Shown here: positions 40,118 to 48,790 of the stretch, one piece after another | How the letters are laid out: the number at the start of each line of letters is the position of its first letter | How positions within the stretch are numbered: position 1 is the first letter of the stretch | Assembly (NCBI GenBank): GCA_964490415.1 | Contig: CAZBDE010000001.1 | Span: 1 to 48,790 of the forward strand | Source: an uncultured Pseudoxanthomonas sp. | GTDB lineage: Bacteria > Pseudomonadota > Gammaproteobacteria > Xanthomonadales > Xanthomonadaceae | DNA: 48,790 nucleotides | Reading direction: 5' to 3' | The notes under the pieces: model-generated | Database searches by the model: none | The model's input: the letters and a program-made list of their open reading frames with translations, nothing else | Told to the model about the DNA's origin: nothing | Made by a program: the position numbers and the translations under genes

Positions 40118-41275
40118 TCAGGCCGCGGGCCGCGCGGCAGCCCGGGCGTGCCAGGCCTTGAGCAGTTCGGCCTCGCGTTCGCGGCTGATGCCGGCGCGCA
40201 GCTTGGCCTGGCGCTCGGCCGGCAATCCTGCGAACCAGGCCAGCGTCTCGGCGATGGTGGTGGGCAGCGGGCGGAAGGTCAGCCCGGCGGCCACCGCGCG
40301 GGCGTTGCTGACCTGGCCGTAACCCGCGTAGGGGCCGTCGCCGCGGTACACCCAGATCGGCAGGTCGACCTCGTGCTCGACCAGGAACCCGGCGGGCACG
40401 TGGGTGAAGCCGGCCTGGCTGCCGCTGACCTCGCGCGAGGCGTGCAGCATCGTGTCCATCGGCAGCGGCTCGCGCGGACCGACCGCGTTGAAGGTGCCGA
40501 ACGCGCGTTCCTCGGCCAGGCGGATCATCCACTCGCCCAGGTCGCGGCCATCGATGATCTGGATCGGGTCCTTGCCGTCGCCCGGCACCAGCACTTCGCC
40601 GCCCTGGGCCACGCGGTGCGGCCAGTAGGTGAAGCGGTCGGTCTCGTCGCGCGGGCCGACGATGTAGCCCGGGCGCACGATGGTCACCGCCTTGCCGAAC
40701 TGCTTCCACGCCTCCGCTTCGCTGAGCGCCTTGAGCGGACCGTACAGGTTGGCGACGTCGGCCATCAGCGTCTGCTGGGTTTCGGCCATCGCGTCCTTGC
40801 CCTGGTAGGCGGCCAGCGGCGCGTCCTCGTCGATGCCCGGGCGGCTGCCGTCGGCGTAGACCGAGATGGTCGAGATGAACAGGTAGTGGCCGACGTTGCC
40901 GGCCAGGACCTTGCCGGCGTCGCGTACCCAGAACGGCAGGCTGGTCGGGTTGTCGATGCACACGTCCCACTTGCGGCCCTGCAGCGCTGACAGGTCGCCG
41001 GCGTTGCGGTCGCCGTGCAGCTGCTCGACCTCGCCCGGCCATTCCGGCGAAGGCCGCTTGCCGCGGTTGAACAGGGTCACCTGGTGGCCGCGCGCCAGTG
41101 CGTAGGCGACCTGGAACGGCCCGGTGAAACCGGTGCCGCCGAGGATCAGGATCTTCAGCGGGCGCTTGGCCCGCGCCACCGGCGTGGCGCCGGCGGCCAT
41201 GGCCAGCGTGGGGAACGCCGCGGCGGCGGCGGCCAGTGCGCCGATCCGGAACAGGTCACGACGGGTGGTACGCAT
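40118..41275 (-). CDS. NAD-dependent epimerase/dehydratase (atypical SDR) with Tat signal peptide
   Basis: MRTTRRDLF...AMA signal; ILILGGTGFTG; ISTISVY; YGPLK; RPGYIVGP. Confidence 0.85.
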   Translation of the reverse strand: MRTTRRDLFRIGALAAAAAAFPTLAMAAGATPVARAKRPLKILILGGTGFTGPFQVAYALARGHQVTLFNRGKRPSPEWPGEVEQLHGDRNAGDLSALQGRKWDVCIDNPTSLPFWVRDAGKVLAGNVGHYLFISTISVYADGSRPGIDEDAPLAAYQGKDAMAETQQTLMADVANLYGPLKALSEAEAWKQFGKAVTIVRPGYIVGPRDETDRFTYWPHRVAQGGEVLVPGDGKDPIQIIDGRDLGEWMIRLAEERAFGTFNAVGPREPLPMDTMLHASREVSGSQAGFTHVPAGFLVEHEVDLPIWVYRGDGPYAGYGQVSNARAVAAGLTFRPLPTTIAETLAWFAGLPAERQAKLRAGISREREAELLKAWHARAAARPAA

Positions 41276-41436
41276 GCGGCTTCTCCATGTGCCGGGCGCA
41301 TGGCCTCCAGCGAGCGGCGTCCCGTGGCCTGCGATAGATAGCACCGGCCCGGTGCGTGCGCCCATGACGGAAGTCGGGGGGTGTACCGGCACCCCCGGCC
41401 ACAGGCATCGCGGCACGCTGCCCGCCACGCGGGACT

Positions 41437-41775
41437 TCAGGCCTTGCGCAGGAAGATCGTCTTCAGCACCAGGCCCTTGATCTTCTCGGAGTTGCCTTCG
41501 ATGTGCTCCGGGTCGTCCTCGACCAGGCGGATGTTGCGGATCACCGTGCCCTGCTTGAGCGGGATCGACGAACCCTTGACCTTCAGGTCCTTGATCACCA
41601 CCACCGTGTCGCCGGCGGCCAGCACGTTGCCGTTGCTGTCGCGCACCACCGTGCCCGCTTCCACGGCAGCCGCCTGCGCGCTCCATTCGTGCCCGCAGTC
41701 CGGGCAGACCCAGAGCGCGCCGTCGGCGTAGGTGTTTTCCAGCCCGCATTGCGGGCAGTCGGGGAGCGTGGTCAC
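41437..41775 (-). CDS. yjdM: YjdM/PhnA zinc-ribbon protein
   Basis: GTG start; LPDCPQC..ENTY...CPDCGHEW...DSNGNVL..GD.V..IKDLKVKG. Confidence 0.9.
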   Translation of the reverse strand: MTTLPDCPQCGLENTYADGALWVCPDCGHEWSAQAAAVEAGTVVRDSNGNVLAAGDTVVVIKDLKVKGSSIPLKQGTVIRNIRLVEDDPEHIEGNSEKIKGLVLKTIFLRKA

Positions 41776-41876
41776 GGCGCGGGCGTCTCGATGCAATGGA
41801 AGGGCCCATTGTAACGGCCCCGGTGGCGCGGGGCCCGGCGGGCCACCGCGCCACGAGGCTGCGGCCACTTGTTCTC

Positions 41877-42368
41877 CTACAGGCCTTCGCCCGGCGGCGG
41901 CATCGAGGCCGGGCGCGCGCAACCGTTGATCGGTGCTCCGCCGTCTATGACCAGCACCGCATCGAACGGGAACATCGCGCCGGACATGCTGTCCTGGCAC
42001 TCCTGCGCGGTGACCTTCAGTTCCACCTTGCCGCTGGCGTCGGTGGCGACCAGCGTGCGCGTGTCGCCGACGGTTTCGCTGCTGGAGACCGCCAGGCTGC
42101 GCTGGCTTTCGATTCCGCTCAGGACCAGCACCGGACCGGACACGTTCGCGCTCCAGAATGGCTCGTTGGTCGAGGCGATGATGTCGCCGTCCACGCTGTG
42201 GCCGGCCGTGGCCGCCGGCGGATCGACGGCGGCATCGGTGCCTGCGGAAGCCGTGGCCGCGTCGCTGACCGGCGTGGCGGCCTCCTGCGGCGGCTTGCAG
42301 GCGGCCAGTGCCAGGCACAGGACGGTGGCGGCCAGGCACAGGTTCGCGGATGGCGGGGACTTGCGCAT
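41877..42368 (-). CDS. Hypothetical lipoprotein
   Basis: Lipobox LAAC; NEPFW and C.DSMSG..FP...GCA motifs; RBS gaggag. Confidence 0.75.
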   Translation of the reverse strand: MRKSPPSANLCLAATVLCLALAACKPPQEAATPVSDAATASAGTDAAVDPPAATAGHSVDGDIIASTNEPFWSANVSGPVLVLSGIESQRSLAVSSSETVGDTRTLVATDASGKVELKVTAQECQDSMSGAMFPFDAVLVIDGGAPINGCARPASMPPPGEGL

Positions 42369-42444
42369 CGTACGTCTCCTCGTTGGCGGGGCGGGTTCCC
42401 CGGGATGGGGCCATCGGCCCCCGGCCGCCGAGGCGGCCAATCAC

Positions 42445-42996
42445 TCACTGCGAGCCGGGCTCGCGGACCAGATCCTGCACCGGATAGCCGAGTTCGCGCG
42501 CCTGCTCGACCAGCGCGGCGTAACGCTGCGGATCCATCGAGGCTTCGCGGGAGAGGATCCACAGGTACTTGCGGTCCGGTCCGCCGACCATGGCCCAGCG
42601 GTAATCCTGGCCCACCGCCAGCACCCAGTACGGCGCCCAGGTGAACGGCAGCCACGCCATCCAGTCCGGGGCGAAGCGCACCCGCAGCGAGCCGGGCGCG
42701 CCCGGCACCGGTTCGGCGATGCCGGTCGATTCGATGGGCTCACCGTCCTCATTGGTGCAGGCGTTGCGCACTTCGATCCGGCCATCGGCCAGCGGCGTGT
42801 AGGTGGCGGTCGTGTCGCTCGCGCACTTGCGCTGGAAGAACATCGGCAGGTGCGCGATCTGGTGCCAGGTGCCGGAATAGCGCTCCAGGTCGAGCACCGG
42901 CACCGGCATGTTGCGCGGCGGCTGTTTCGCCGTGGCCGGTGGCGCCGGGATCCACAGCAGGCACGCCAGTGCGAAGACGATCGGTGGGGTGCGCAT
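42445..42996 (-). CDS. blc: Bacterial lipocalin
   Basis: DLERYSGTWHQIA..P..FQ..C, YWVL, YLWILSR. Confidence 0.88.
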   Translation of the reverse strand: MRTPPIVFALACLLWIPAPPATAKQPPRNMPVPVLDLERYSGTWHQIAHLPMFFQRKCASDTTATYTPLADGRIEVRNACTNEDGEPIESTGIAEPVPGAPGSLRVRFAPDWMAWLPFTWAPYWVLAVGQDYRWAMVGGPDRKYLWILSREASMDPQRYAALVEQARELGYPVQDLVREPGSQ

Positions 42997-43115
42997 TGCA
43001 GCCACTACGCGGTGAAGTGGCCGCAGGCTGCCACGCCCGGCGTGACGAAGCGGTGTCGTCCGCATCGCCGTTCTTCCAAACGCCCCTGGCCGCCGGGCCA
43101 CCACCGCCCCGGCCA

Positions 43116-44693
43116 TCAAAGCTGCGCCTCCAGCGGCAGCACCTTCATCAGCCAGGCCAGCGAGCGCTGCGAGGCGGTCGCCTCGGGATCGCGGGTAAAG
43201 GTCTGCGTGCCGTCGGTCCAGCTCAGGTCGCCATCCTCGCCCAGGGTGACATGCCAGGCATGGTCCGGGCCGGTCTGCTGCGCGAACAGTTCGGCCAGTC
43301 CCGCCGCCAGCGCCGGATGCTCGACCAGGATCCCCTGTTCGCAGTTGAGCGAGGTCGAGCGCGGATCCAGGTTGTACGAGCCGACGAAGATGGCGCCGTC
43401 ATCGATCACCATCGCCTTGGTATGCAGGCTGGAACCTGACGAACCCTTCAGGCTGAAGCGCGCCGGCCCGCCGCTCGGCTTGAGTTCCCACACCTCCACC
43501 CCCTGCTCCAGCAGCGGGCGGCGATAACGGCTGTAGCCGCCATGGACCGCGGCCACGTCGTTGGCGGCCAGCGAATTGGTCAGCACGCGCACCGCCGCGC
43601 CGCGCTGGTCGATCGCGACCAGTTCCGCCATGCCGCGTTCGCCCGGCACGAAGTACGGCGAGATCACCAGCAACTGCCTGCCGGCACGCTGCATCTCCGG
43701 CAGCAGGACCTTCACCACTTCCGAGCGCTGCTCCAGCGGCAGCGTGGCCTTCATCGGGTCGTCGCTGACGAAGCGCCAGCGCGGACTCCAGTGCAGCGCA
43801 GTGCCGCCTTCCAGCAGTTGCTGGACCTTCGGATCCTCGCGCAGCACGCCCGCGTAGTCGCTGGCCAGCAGGTTCGCCGCGGCCTGTTCCAGCGTGCCAC
43901 GCAACGCCTGCAACCGCTCGGGCGTGTCCTGCCCCGGCGACAGTTGCGCGATCGGGTAGTTGGAGGGCGAATTCCAGAACAGGTCGAAATTGCCCGCGAC
44001 CTCGCCCACCACCGGGCCGACCAGCAGCAGGTCGAGGTCGATGAAGTTGGGGCCGTCGCTGGCCGCGAAATACTCGTTGCCGAGGTTGCGGCCGCCGACC
44101 AGCGCCATACGCCCATCCGCGATCCAGCTCTTGTTGTGCATGCGGTGGTTCAGGCGCTTGAACCCGGTGCCGAACTCGCCGGCCTTGCGCAGGGTGCCCG
44201 AGCGGCTGGCCATGGGGTTGTACAGACGGACCTCGATGTTCGGGTGGGCATCCAGCGCGACCAGGCCGTTGTTCTTGGCCCGCGCGTCCAGGTCGTCGGC
44301 GAGGATGCGCACGCGCACGCCGCGGTCGGCGGCCTGCAGCGCCTGGCGCGCCAGCATCAGGCCGGTCAGGTCGGCGTGCCAGATGTAGGTCTGGATATCG
44401 AGGCTGCGGGTGGCGGCCTGGGCGCTGTAGGCGCGCAGGGCATAGGCCTCGGCGCCGTCGCCGACCAGGCGGAAGCCGGACTGGCCGGGATGGGCCGCCT
44501 CGGCCGGCACGGTGCGCTCGGCGATGAGGCCCTCCGTCGCCGCCGGCAGCGAAGCTTCCGGAGGGGTGTCGGCCCGTGGCGGGAGCTGGGCGCAGGCAGC
44601 CAGCAGCGCCGGCATGGCGATGGCAAGCAGCTGGTGAAGGAATGCCCGTGGGCGTCCCTGCGTGCCCCTGTCTGCGTTCTTGGATCCGTGCAT
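43116..44693 (-). CDS. Phospholipase D family protein (ClsC/YmdC-like cardiolipin synthase), lipoprotein
   Basis: Two HKD motifs RMHNKSWIADG and SLHTKAMVIDD; GGRN; GSYNLDPRS; lipobox LAAC. Start 44693 or 44702. Confidence 0.88.
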   Translation of the reverse strand: MHGSKNADRGTQGRPRAFLHQLLAIAMPALLAACAQLPPRADTPPEASLPAATEGLIAERTVPAEAAHPGQSGFRLVGDGAEAYALRAYSAQAATRSLDIQTYIWHADLTGLMLARQALQAADRGVRVRILADDLDARAKNNGLVALDAHPNIEVRLYNPMASRSGTLRKAGEFGTGFKRLNHRMHNKSWIADGRMALVGGRNLGNEYFAASDGPNFIDLDLLLVGPVVGEVAGNFDLFWNSPSNYPIAQLSPGQDTPERLQALRGTLEQAAANLLASDYAGVLREDPKVQQLLEGGTALHWSPRWRFVSDDPMKATLPLEQRSEVVKVLLPEMQRAGRQLLVISPYFVPGERGMAELVAIDQRGAAVRVLTNSLAANDVAAVHGGYSRYRRPLLEQGVEVWELKPSGGPARFSLKGSSGSSLHTKAMVIDDGAIFVGSYNLDPRSTSLNCEQGILVEHPALAAGLAELFAQQTGPDHAWHVTLGEDGDLSWTDGTQTFTRDPEATASQRSLAWLMKVLPLEAQL

Positions 44694-44809
44694 GTCCCGC
44701 ATCCTCTCCCCTGTGCCGCCCGTGCGTCCGGCCACCACGAGTGAATACCACATCCGCTGCGGACAATAGCGCAGGGCTCTGGCGACTGGCCGGTGGCTCG
44801 GGTCCGCGC

Positions 44810-45202
44810 TCAGGCGCCGAAGCGCAGCAGGCGGTAGGTGTACAGGCCCAGGGCGGTCAGCAGCAGCGAACCGAACAGGTGCAGGGCTACGCCCAGCAGC
44901 GCGGCGCCGTACTGCTGGCGGGTGAGCTGCTGCACGATCTCGGCCGAGAAGGTGGAGAAGGTGGTCAGCCCGCCGAGCAGGCCGGTGACCAGGAACAGGC
45001 GCCATTCCGGCGCCACGCCCGGGCGCGACATGATCCAGCCCAGGGCGATCCCGACCACATAGCCGCCGACCAGATTGGCGGCCAGGGTGCCCAGCGGCAC
45101 CGGGCTGCGCGCCGGATTGAGCCAGGCCGACAGCCCCCAGCGCATCCAAGCCCCGATCGCCGCGCCGCTGCCCACCGCGATGAACGAACGCACCATGTCC
45201 AC
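44810..45202 (-). CDS. crcB: Fluoride efflux channel Fluc/CrcB
   Basis: GA..GAW.R, GTL.AN, TG.LGGLTTFSTFS.E. Confidence 0.95.
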   Translation of the reverse strand: MDMVRSFIAVGSGAAIGAWMRWGLSAWLNPARSPVPLGTLAANLVGGYVVGIALGWIMSRPGVAPEWRLFLVTGLLGGLTTFSTFSAEIVQQLTRQQYGAALLGVALHLFGSLLLTALGLYTYRLLRFGA

Positions 45203-45252
45203 TGCCCTGCTCCCGGTCCTGGTTGCGTGCTGGTGGCGCGGCGGCGCCGCGC

Positions 45253-46617
45253 TCAGCCGCGCGCCTTGCGCGCCTGGTCGCGCGCGGCGCGCAGGCGGTC
45301 GAGTTTTTCCTTGAGCCTGATCTCGAGGCCGCGCTCGACCGGCGCGTAGTAGACCCGTTCGCCCATCGCCTCGGGGAAGCCGGTCTGGTCCAGCGCGATC
45401 CCGCCTTCGCGGTCGTGGTCGTACTGGTAGCCCTTCGAATACCCCAGCTGCTTCATCAGCTTCGTCGGCGCGTTGCGCAGGTGCAGCGGCACCTCGGCGG
45501 TGCCGTACTCGCGCACGTCGGCCCTGGCCGCGTTGTAGGCGTTGTAGGCGGCGTTCGACTTGGCGGTGCTGGCCAGGTAGATCGCGACCTGGGCCAGGGC
45601 CAGGTCGCCTTCCGGGCTGCCCAGGCGCTCGAAGGTGTCCCAGGCGTCGATCGCCATCGGCAAGGCGCGCGGGTCGGCCAGGCCGATGTCCTCCACCGCC
45701 ATCCGGGTCAGGCGCCGGGCCAGGTAGGCCGGGTCGCAGCCGCCGTCGAGCATGCGCGCCAGCCAGTACACCGCCGCGTCCGGGTTGGAGCTGCGCACCG
45801 ACTTGTGCAGCGCCGAGATCTGGTCGTAGAACTGTTCGCCGCCCTTGTCGAAGCGGCGGGTGCGGTCGGCCAGCACCTGCAGCAGGGTCGCCTCGGTGAT
45901 CCGCCCGCCCTCGTCGACGGCCAGTTCGGCGGCGATTTCCAGCAGGGTGAGGCCGCGGCGCACGTCACCGTCCGCCGCGCCGGCGATCTCGCGCAGCAGC
46001 GGCGCTTCCACTGCGATGCCCTGCCCGCCGAGCCCGCGTTCGCCGTCCTCCAGCGCCCGCCGCAGCGCGGCGACGATGTCGTCGACCGACACCGCCTCCA
46101 TCACGTGCACGCGGCAGCGCGAGAGCAGCGCCGAGTTCAGCTCGAACGAGGGGTTCTCGGTGGTGGCGCCGACAAAAACGATGCTGCCGCGTTCGATGTG
46201 CGGCAGGAACGCATCCTGCTGGGTCTTGTTGAAGCGGTGCACCTCGTCCACGAACAGCACGGTGCGGCGCCCGTCGGCGAAGCGCTGCGCGGCCTCGGCC
46301 AGCACCTGGCGCACCTCCGGCAGGCCGGACAGCACCGCCGAGATCGCGCGGAAATCGGCGTCGGCGTACTGCGCCAGCAGCAGCGCCAGGGTGGTCTTGC
46401 CGCAGCCCGGCGGACCCCACAGCACCATCGAATGCACGCGCCCGGATTCGACCGCGCGGCGCAGCGCCGAACCGGGCGCGAGCAGGCGGCGCTGGCCGAC
46501 CATCTCGTCCAGGGTACGCGGGCGCATGCGCTCGGCCAGCGGGCGCATCGCTTCCTGCCGGGTGGGGTCGGCGGCCAGCAGGTCGTTTTCGTCGGGGGAA
46601 CGGCGCGCGCGGCTCAT
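45253..46617 (-). CDS. rarA: Replication-associated recombination ATPase RarA/MgsA
   Basis: PLAERMRP, LWGPPGCGKTT, DEVHRFNK.QQD, ATTENPSF, YDQISALHKSVR. Confidence 0.95.
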   Translation of the reverse strand: MSRARRSPDENDLLAADPTRQEAMRPLAERMRPRTLDEMVGQRRLLAPGSALRRAVESGRVHSMVLWGPPGCGKTTLALLLAQYADADFRAISAVLSGLPEVRQVLAEAAQRFADGRRTVLFVDEVHRFNKTQQDAFLPHIERGSIVFVGATTENPSFELNSALLSRCRVHVMEAVSVDDIVAALRRALEDGERGLGGQGIAVEAPLLREIAGAADGDVRRGLTLLEIAAELAVDEGGRITEATLLQVLADRTRRFDKGGEQFYDQISALHKSVRSSNPDAAVYWLARMLDGGCDPAYLARRLTRMAVEDIGLADPRALPMAIDAWDTFERLGSPEGDLALAQVAIYLASTAKSNAAYNAYNAARADVREYGTAEVPLHLRNAPTKLMKQLGYSKGYQYDHDREGGIALDQTGFPEAMGERVYYAPVERGLEIRLKEKLDRLRAARDQARKARG

Positions 46618-46650
46618 GCGCACATCATAGGCGGTAAGGCGGCCGGCCTC

Positions 46651-46784
46651 TGTAGGAGCTCCCTTCAGGGGCGACCCGAGGGCGCAGGAAGGCACCGCGA
46701 TCAACGCACCGCCTCCGGAGGCGGTGCGTTTGAACGCGGCGGCGCCATGGCGTGGTCGGGTCGCCCCTGAAGGGGGCTCCTACA
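46651..46784. repeat. REPIN-like element, copy 1 (inverted GTAG REP pair, 134 bp)
   Basis: TGTAGGAGCTCCCTTCAGGGGCGACCCGA ... TCGGGTCGCCCCTGAAGGGGGCTCCTACA with an internal 28-bp perfect palindrome (46703-46730). Confidence 0.88.
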
Positions 46785-46814
46785 GGGGGCATGCACAGGG
46801 ACGCGTGGCGGCGG

Positions 46815-47456
46815 TTACTGGCCGACGACGTCCACGTCCTTGCCCGGCACGAACTTGAACGTGTCGGCGGCGAAGGCCGGGTTGCGCTTCCAGCCATCGA
46901 ACTGGATCTCCGTCCTCTGCCCGACCAGGTCCAGCACCTGCATCCGCGCGAGCCCCTGCGCGCCGAAGCCCAGCCGCGCCATCTGGAAGTTGGCCTCGGC
47001 GTCGACCTTCGGGGTGAGGGTCAGCCACTGCAGGCCATCGCTGGCCTCGGCCTCCTCGCTGACATCGAACTGGCGGTCCAGCCGCGCCGGGTCGAACAGC
47101 GCCACCAGCGGGCTGTTGCGCTCCTCTTCGCCCTGGGTCTTGACCGTGGCCTGCTGCAGGTCCGGTTCGTAGATCCAGACCTGCTGTCCGTCGGCCACGA
47201 TCAGCTGCGCGAACGGCTTGACGTATTCCCAGCGGAACAGGCGCGGCATCGACACCGCGACGGTGCCGCTGCTGCTCTCCTTGGCCCGGCCGTTGGCGTC
47301 GAACACCTGCTGGCTGAACTGCCCCTCCAGGCCCTTCAGGCCGGTGGTGAAGCGGACCAGTTCGTCGCGGGCGCCGGCGAAAGCGGTGCCGGCGAGCAGG
47401 GCCAGTCCGAGGAGCGCGAGGCGGGCATGGCGGAAGCGGTGCGGCATGGGGTTCAC
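46815..47456 (-). CDS. lolA: Outer-membrane lipoprotein chaperone LolA
   Basis: FSQ.V, PRLFRWEY..P..QLIVADG..VW.Y.PDL.Q; lies between ftsK and rarA. Start may be 47447. Confidence 0.93.
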   Translation of the reverse strand: MNPMPHRFRHARLALLGLALLAGTAFAGARDELVRFTTGLKGLEGQFSQQVFDANGRAKESSSGTVAVSMPRLFRWEYVKPFAQLIVADGQQVWIYEPDLQQATVKTQGEEERNSPLVALFDPARLDRQFDVSEEAEASDGLQWLTLTPKVDAEANFQMARLGFGAQGLARMQVLDLVGQRTEIQFDGWKRNPAFAADTFKFVPGKDVDVVGQ

Positions 47457-47524
47457 TGTCCCTGATCGGTGTGTGGCGAAGTGTGCCGCGATAAACCTGA
47501 ACAGGCAGCACGCCCCCGGCTTCT

Positions 47525-47658
47525 TGTAGGAGCTCCCTTCAGGGGCGACCCGAGGACGCGGGAAGGCTCCGCGATCAACGCGCAGCCTCCGGAAGCGGTG
47601 CGTTTGAACGCGGCTGCGCCATGGCCTGGTCGGGTCGCCCCTGAAGGGAGCTCCTACA
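47525..47658. repeat. REPIN-like element, copy 2 (134 bp)
   Basis: Same arms, length and orientation as 46651-46784, with several spacer substitutions. Confidence 0.88.
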
Positions 47659-47693
47659 AGGAGGCGAGAAAGAAGCGAGAAGGAAGCGGCGGA

Positions 47694-48790
47694 TCAGTCC
47701 CGCGGCGGCGGCGGCGCCAGGACGCTGCGGTCGCCATTGTGCTCCGGCGGGCTGACCACGCCGGACGCTTCCATCGCCTCGATCAGGCGCGCGGCGCGGT
47801 TGTAGCCGATCTTGAGCCGGCGCTGCACGCCGGAGATCGAGGCGCGACGGGTCTCGGTGACGATCCGCACCGCCTCGTCGTACAGCGGGTCGGACTCGTC
47901 GCCGCCCCCGCCGCCGGATTCGGGCAGGCCGGTGGCGCCGACGACCACGCCATCGCCCATCGTCTGCACTTCGTCCAGCACGCCCTCGATGTAGTCGGCG
48001 CGGCCGCTGGCCTTGAGGTGCTCGACCACGCGGTGCACTTCCTCGTCGCTGACGAAGGCGCCATGGATGCGCTCGGGCATCGCCGTGCCCGGCGGCAGGT
48101 AGAGCATGTCGCCATGGCCGAGCAGGGTTTCGGCGCCGGACTGGTCCAGGATCGTGCGCGAATCGATCTTGCTCGACACCTGGAAGGCGATGCGGGTCGG
48201 GATGTTGGCCTTGATCAAGCCCGTGATCACGTCCACCGAAGGACGCTGCGTGGCCAGGATCAGGTGGATGCCGGCCGCGCGCGCCTTCTGCGCCAACCGC
48301 GCGATCAGCTCCTCGACCTTCTTGCCGACGATCATCATCATGTCGGCGAATTCGTCGATGAAGATGACGATGAACGGCAGCGGCTCGAGCGGGCGCGGCG
48401 CCTCGCCCAGCTCCGGGTTCGGGCGGAACAGCGGGTCCATCAGCGGCTGGCCGGCGTCCTGCGCGTCCCTGACCTTCTTGTTGAAGCCGGCCAGGTTGCG
48501 CACGCCCACCGCGCTCATCAGCTTGTAGCGGCGCTCCATCTCCGCCACGCACCAGCGCAGGCCGTTGCCGGCCTCCTTCATGTCGGTGACCACCGGCGCC
48601 AGCAGGTGCGGGATGTCCTGGTAGACGCTCAGTTCGAGCATCTTCGGATCGATCATCAGCATCCGCAGCTCTTTCGGGCTGGCCTTGTACAGCAGGCTCA
48701 GCACCATCGCGTTGACCGCCACCGACTTGCCCGAACCGGTGGTGCCGGCCACCAGCAGGTGCGGCATCCGCGCCAGGTCGGCCACGGTCG
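47694..48790 (-). CDS. ftsK: DNA translocase FtsK, motor and gamma domains (5' end outside window)
   Basis: [64 protein letters not shown]. Confidence 0.97.
   Translation of the reverse strand, partial: TVADLARMPHLLVAGTTGSGKSVAVNAMVLSLLYKASPKELRMLMIDPKMLELSVYQDIPHLLAPVVTDMKEAGNGLRWCVAEMERRYKLMSAVGVRNLAGFNKKVRDAQDAGQPLMDPLFRPNPELGEAPRPLEPLPFIVIFIDEFADMMMIVGKKVEELIARLAQKARAAGIHLILATQRPSVDVITGLIKANIPTRIAFQVSSKIDSRTILDQSGAETLLGHGDMLYLPPGTAMPERIHGAFVSDEEVHRVVEHLKASGRADYIEGVLDEVQTMGDGVVVGATGLPESGGGGGDESDPLYDEAVRIVTETRRASISGVQRRLKIGYNRAARLIEAMEASGVVSPPEHNGDRSVLAPPPPRD

Noticed and set aside
45203..45252. Fluoride riboswitch upstream of crcB
   Set aside because: Only 50 nt between rarA and crcB and no recognisable riboswitch motif.
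46651..47658. CRISPR array or composite transposon
   Set aside because: The repeats are inverted REP pairs without unique regular spacers; no cas or transposase gene.

Overview
GC-rich gammaproteobacterial chromosome segment. Gene content and order (gdhB-nadK-5'-nucleotidase, ftsK-lolA-rarA-crcB, RpfF/RpfC homologues, GTAG-type REPs) point to Xanthomonadales/Lysobacteraceae; this is an inference. Left arm: MnSOD 3' end, TetR-MFP-RND efflux operon, large NAD-glutamate dehydrogenase, NAD kinase, housekeeping genes, tRNA-Ala/tRNA-Glu. Middle (16.5-36.6 kb) looks accessory: Cu-type P1B ATPase with a MerR regulator, arcD/arcA without arcB/arcC, a two-domain MipA-like protein, MscS, a frameshifted Xer-like recombinase remnant, M1 peptidase, pirin and patatin. 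Right arm: small housekeeping/envelope genes and two REPIN elements around lolA. Two highlights. (1) A four-gene cassette (31.9-36.6 kb): a ketosynthase translationally coupled to an RpfF-type DSF synthase, an RpfC-type hybrid sensor kinase and a separate acyl carrier protein, with no rpfG or rpfB in the window. It is a candidate self-contained system that makes and senses a non-canonical fatty-acid signal. (2) A 28-bp dif-like site at 26759-26786 with an atypical core, inside the interval where KOPS (GGGNAGGG) polarity flips, so the window probably spans the chromosome terminus. All calls come from reading motifs by eye; no database searches were run.
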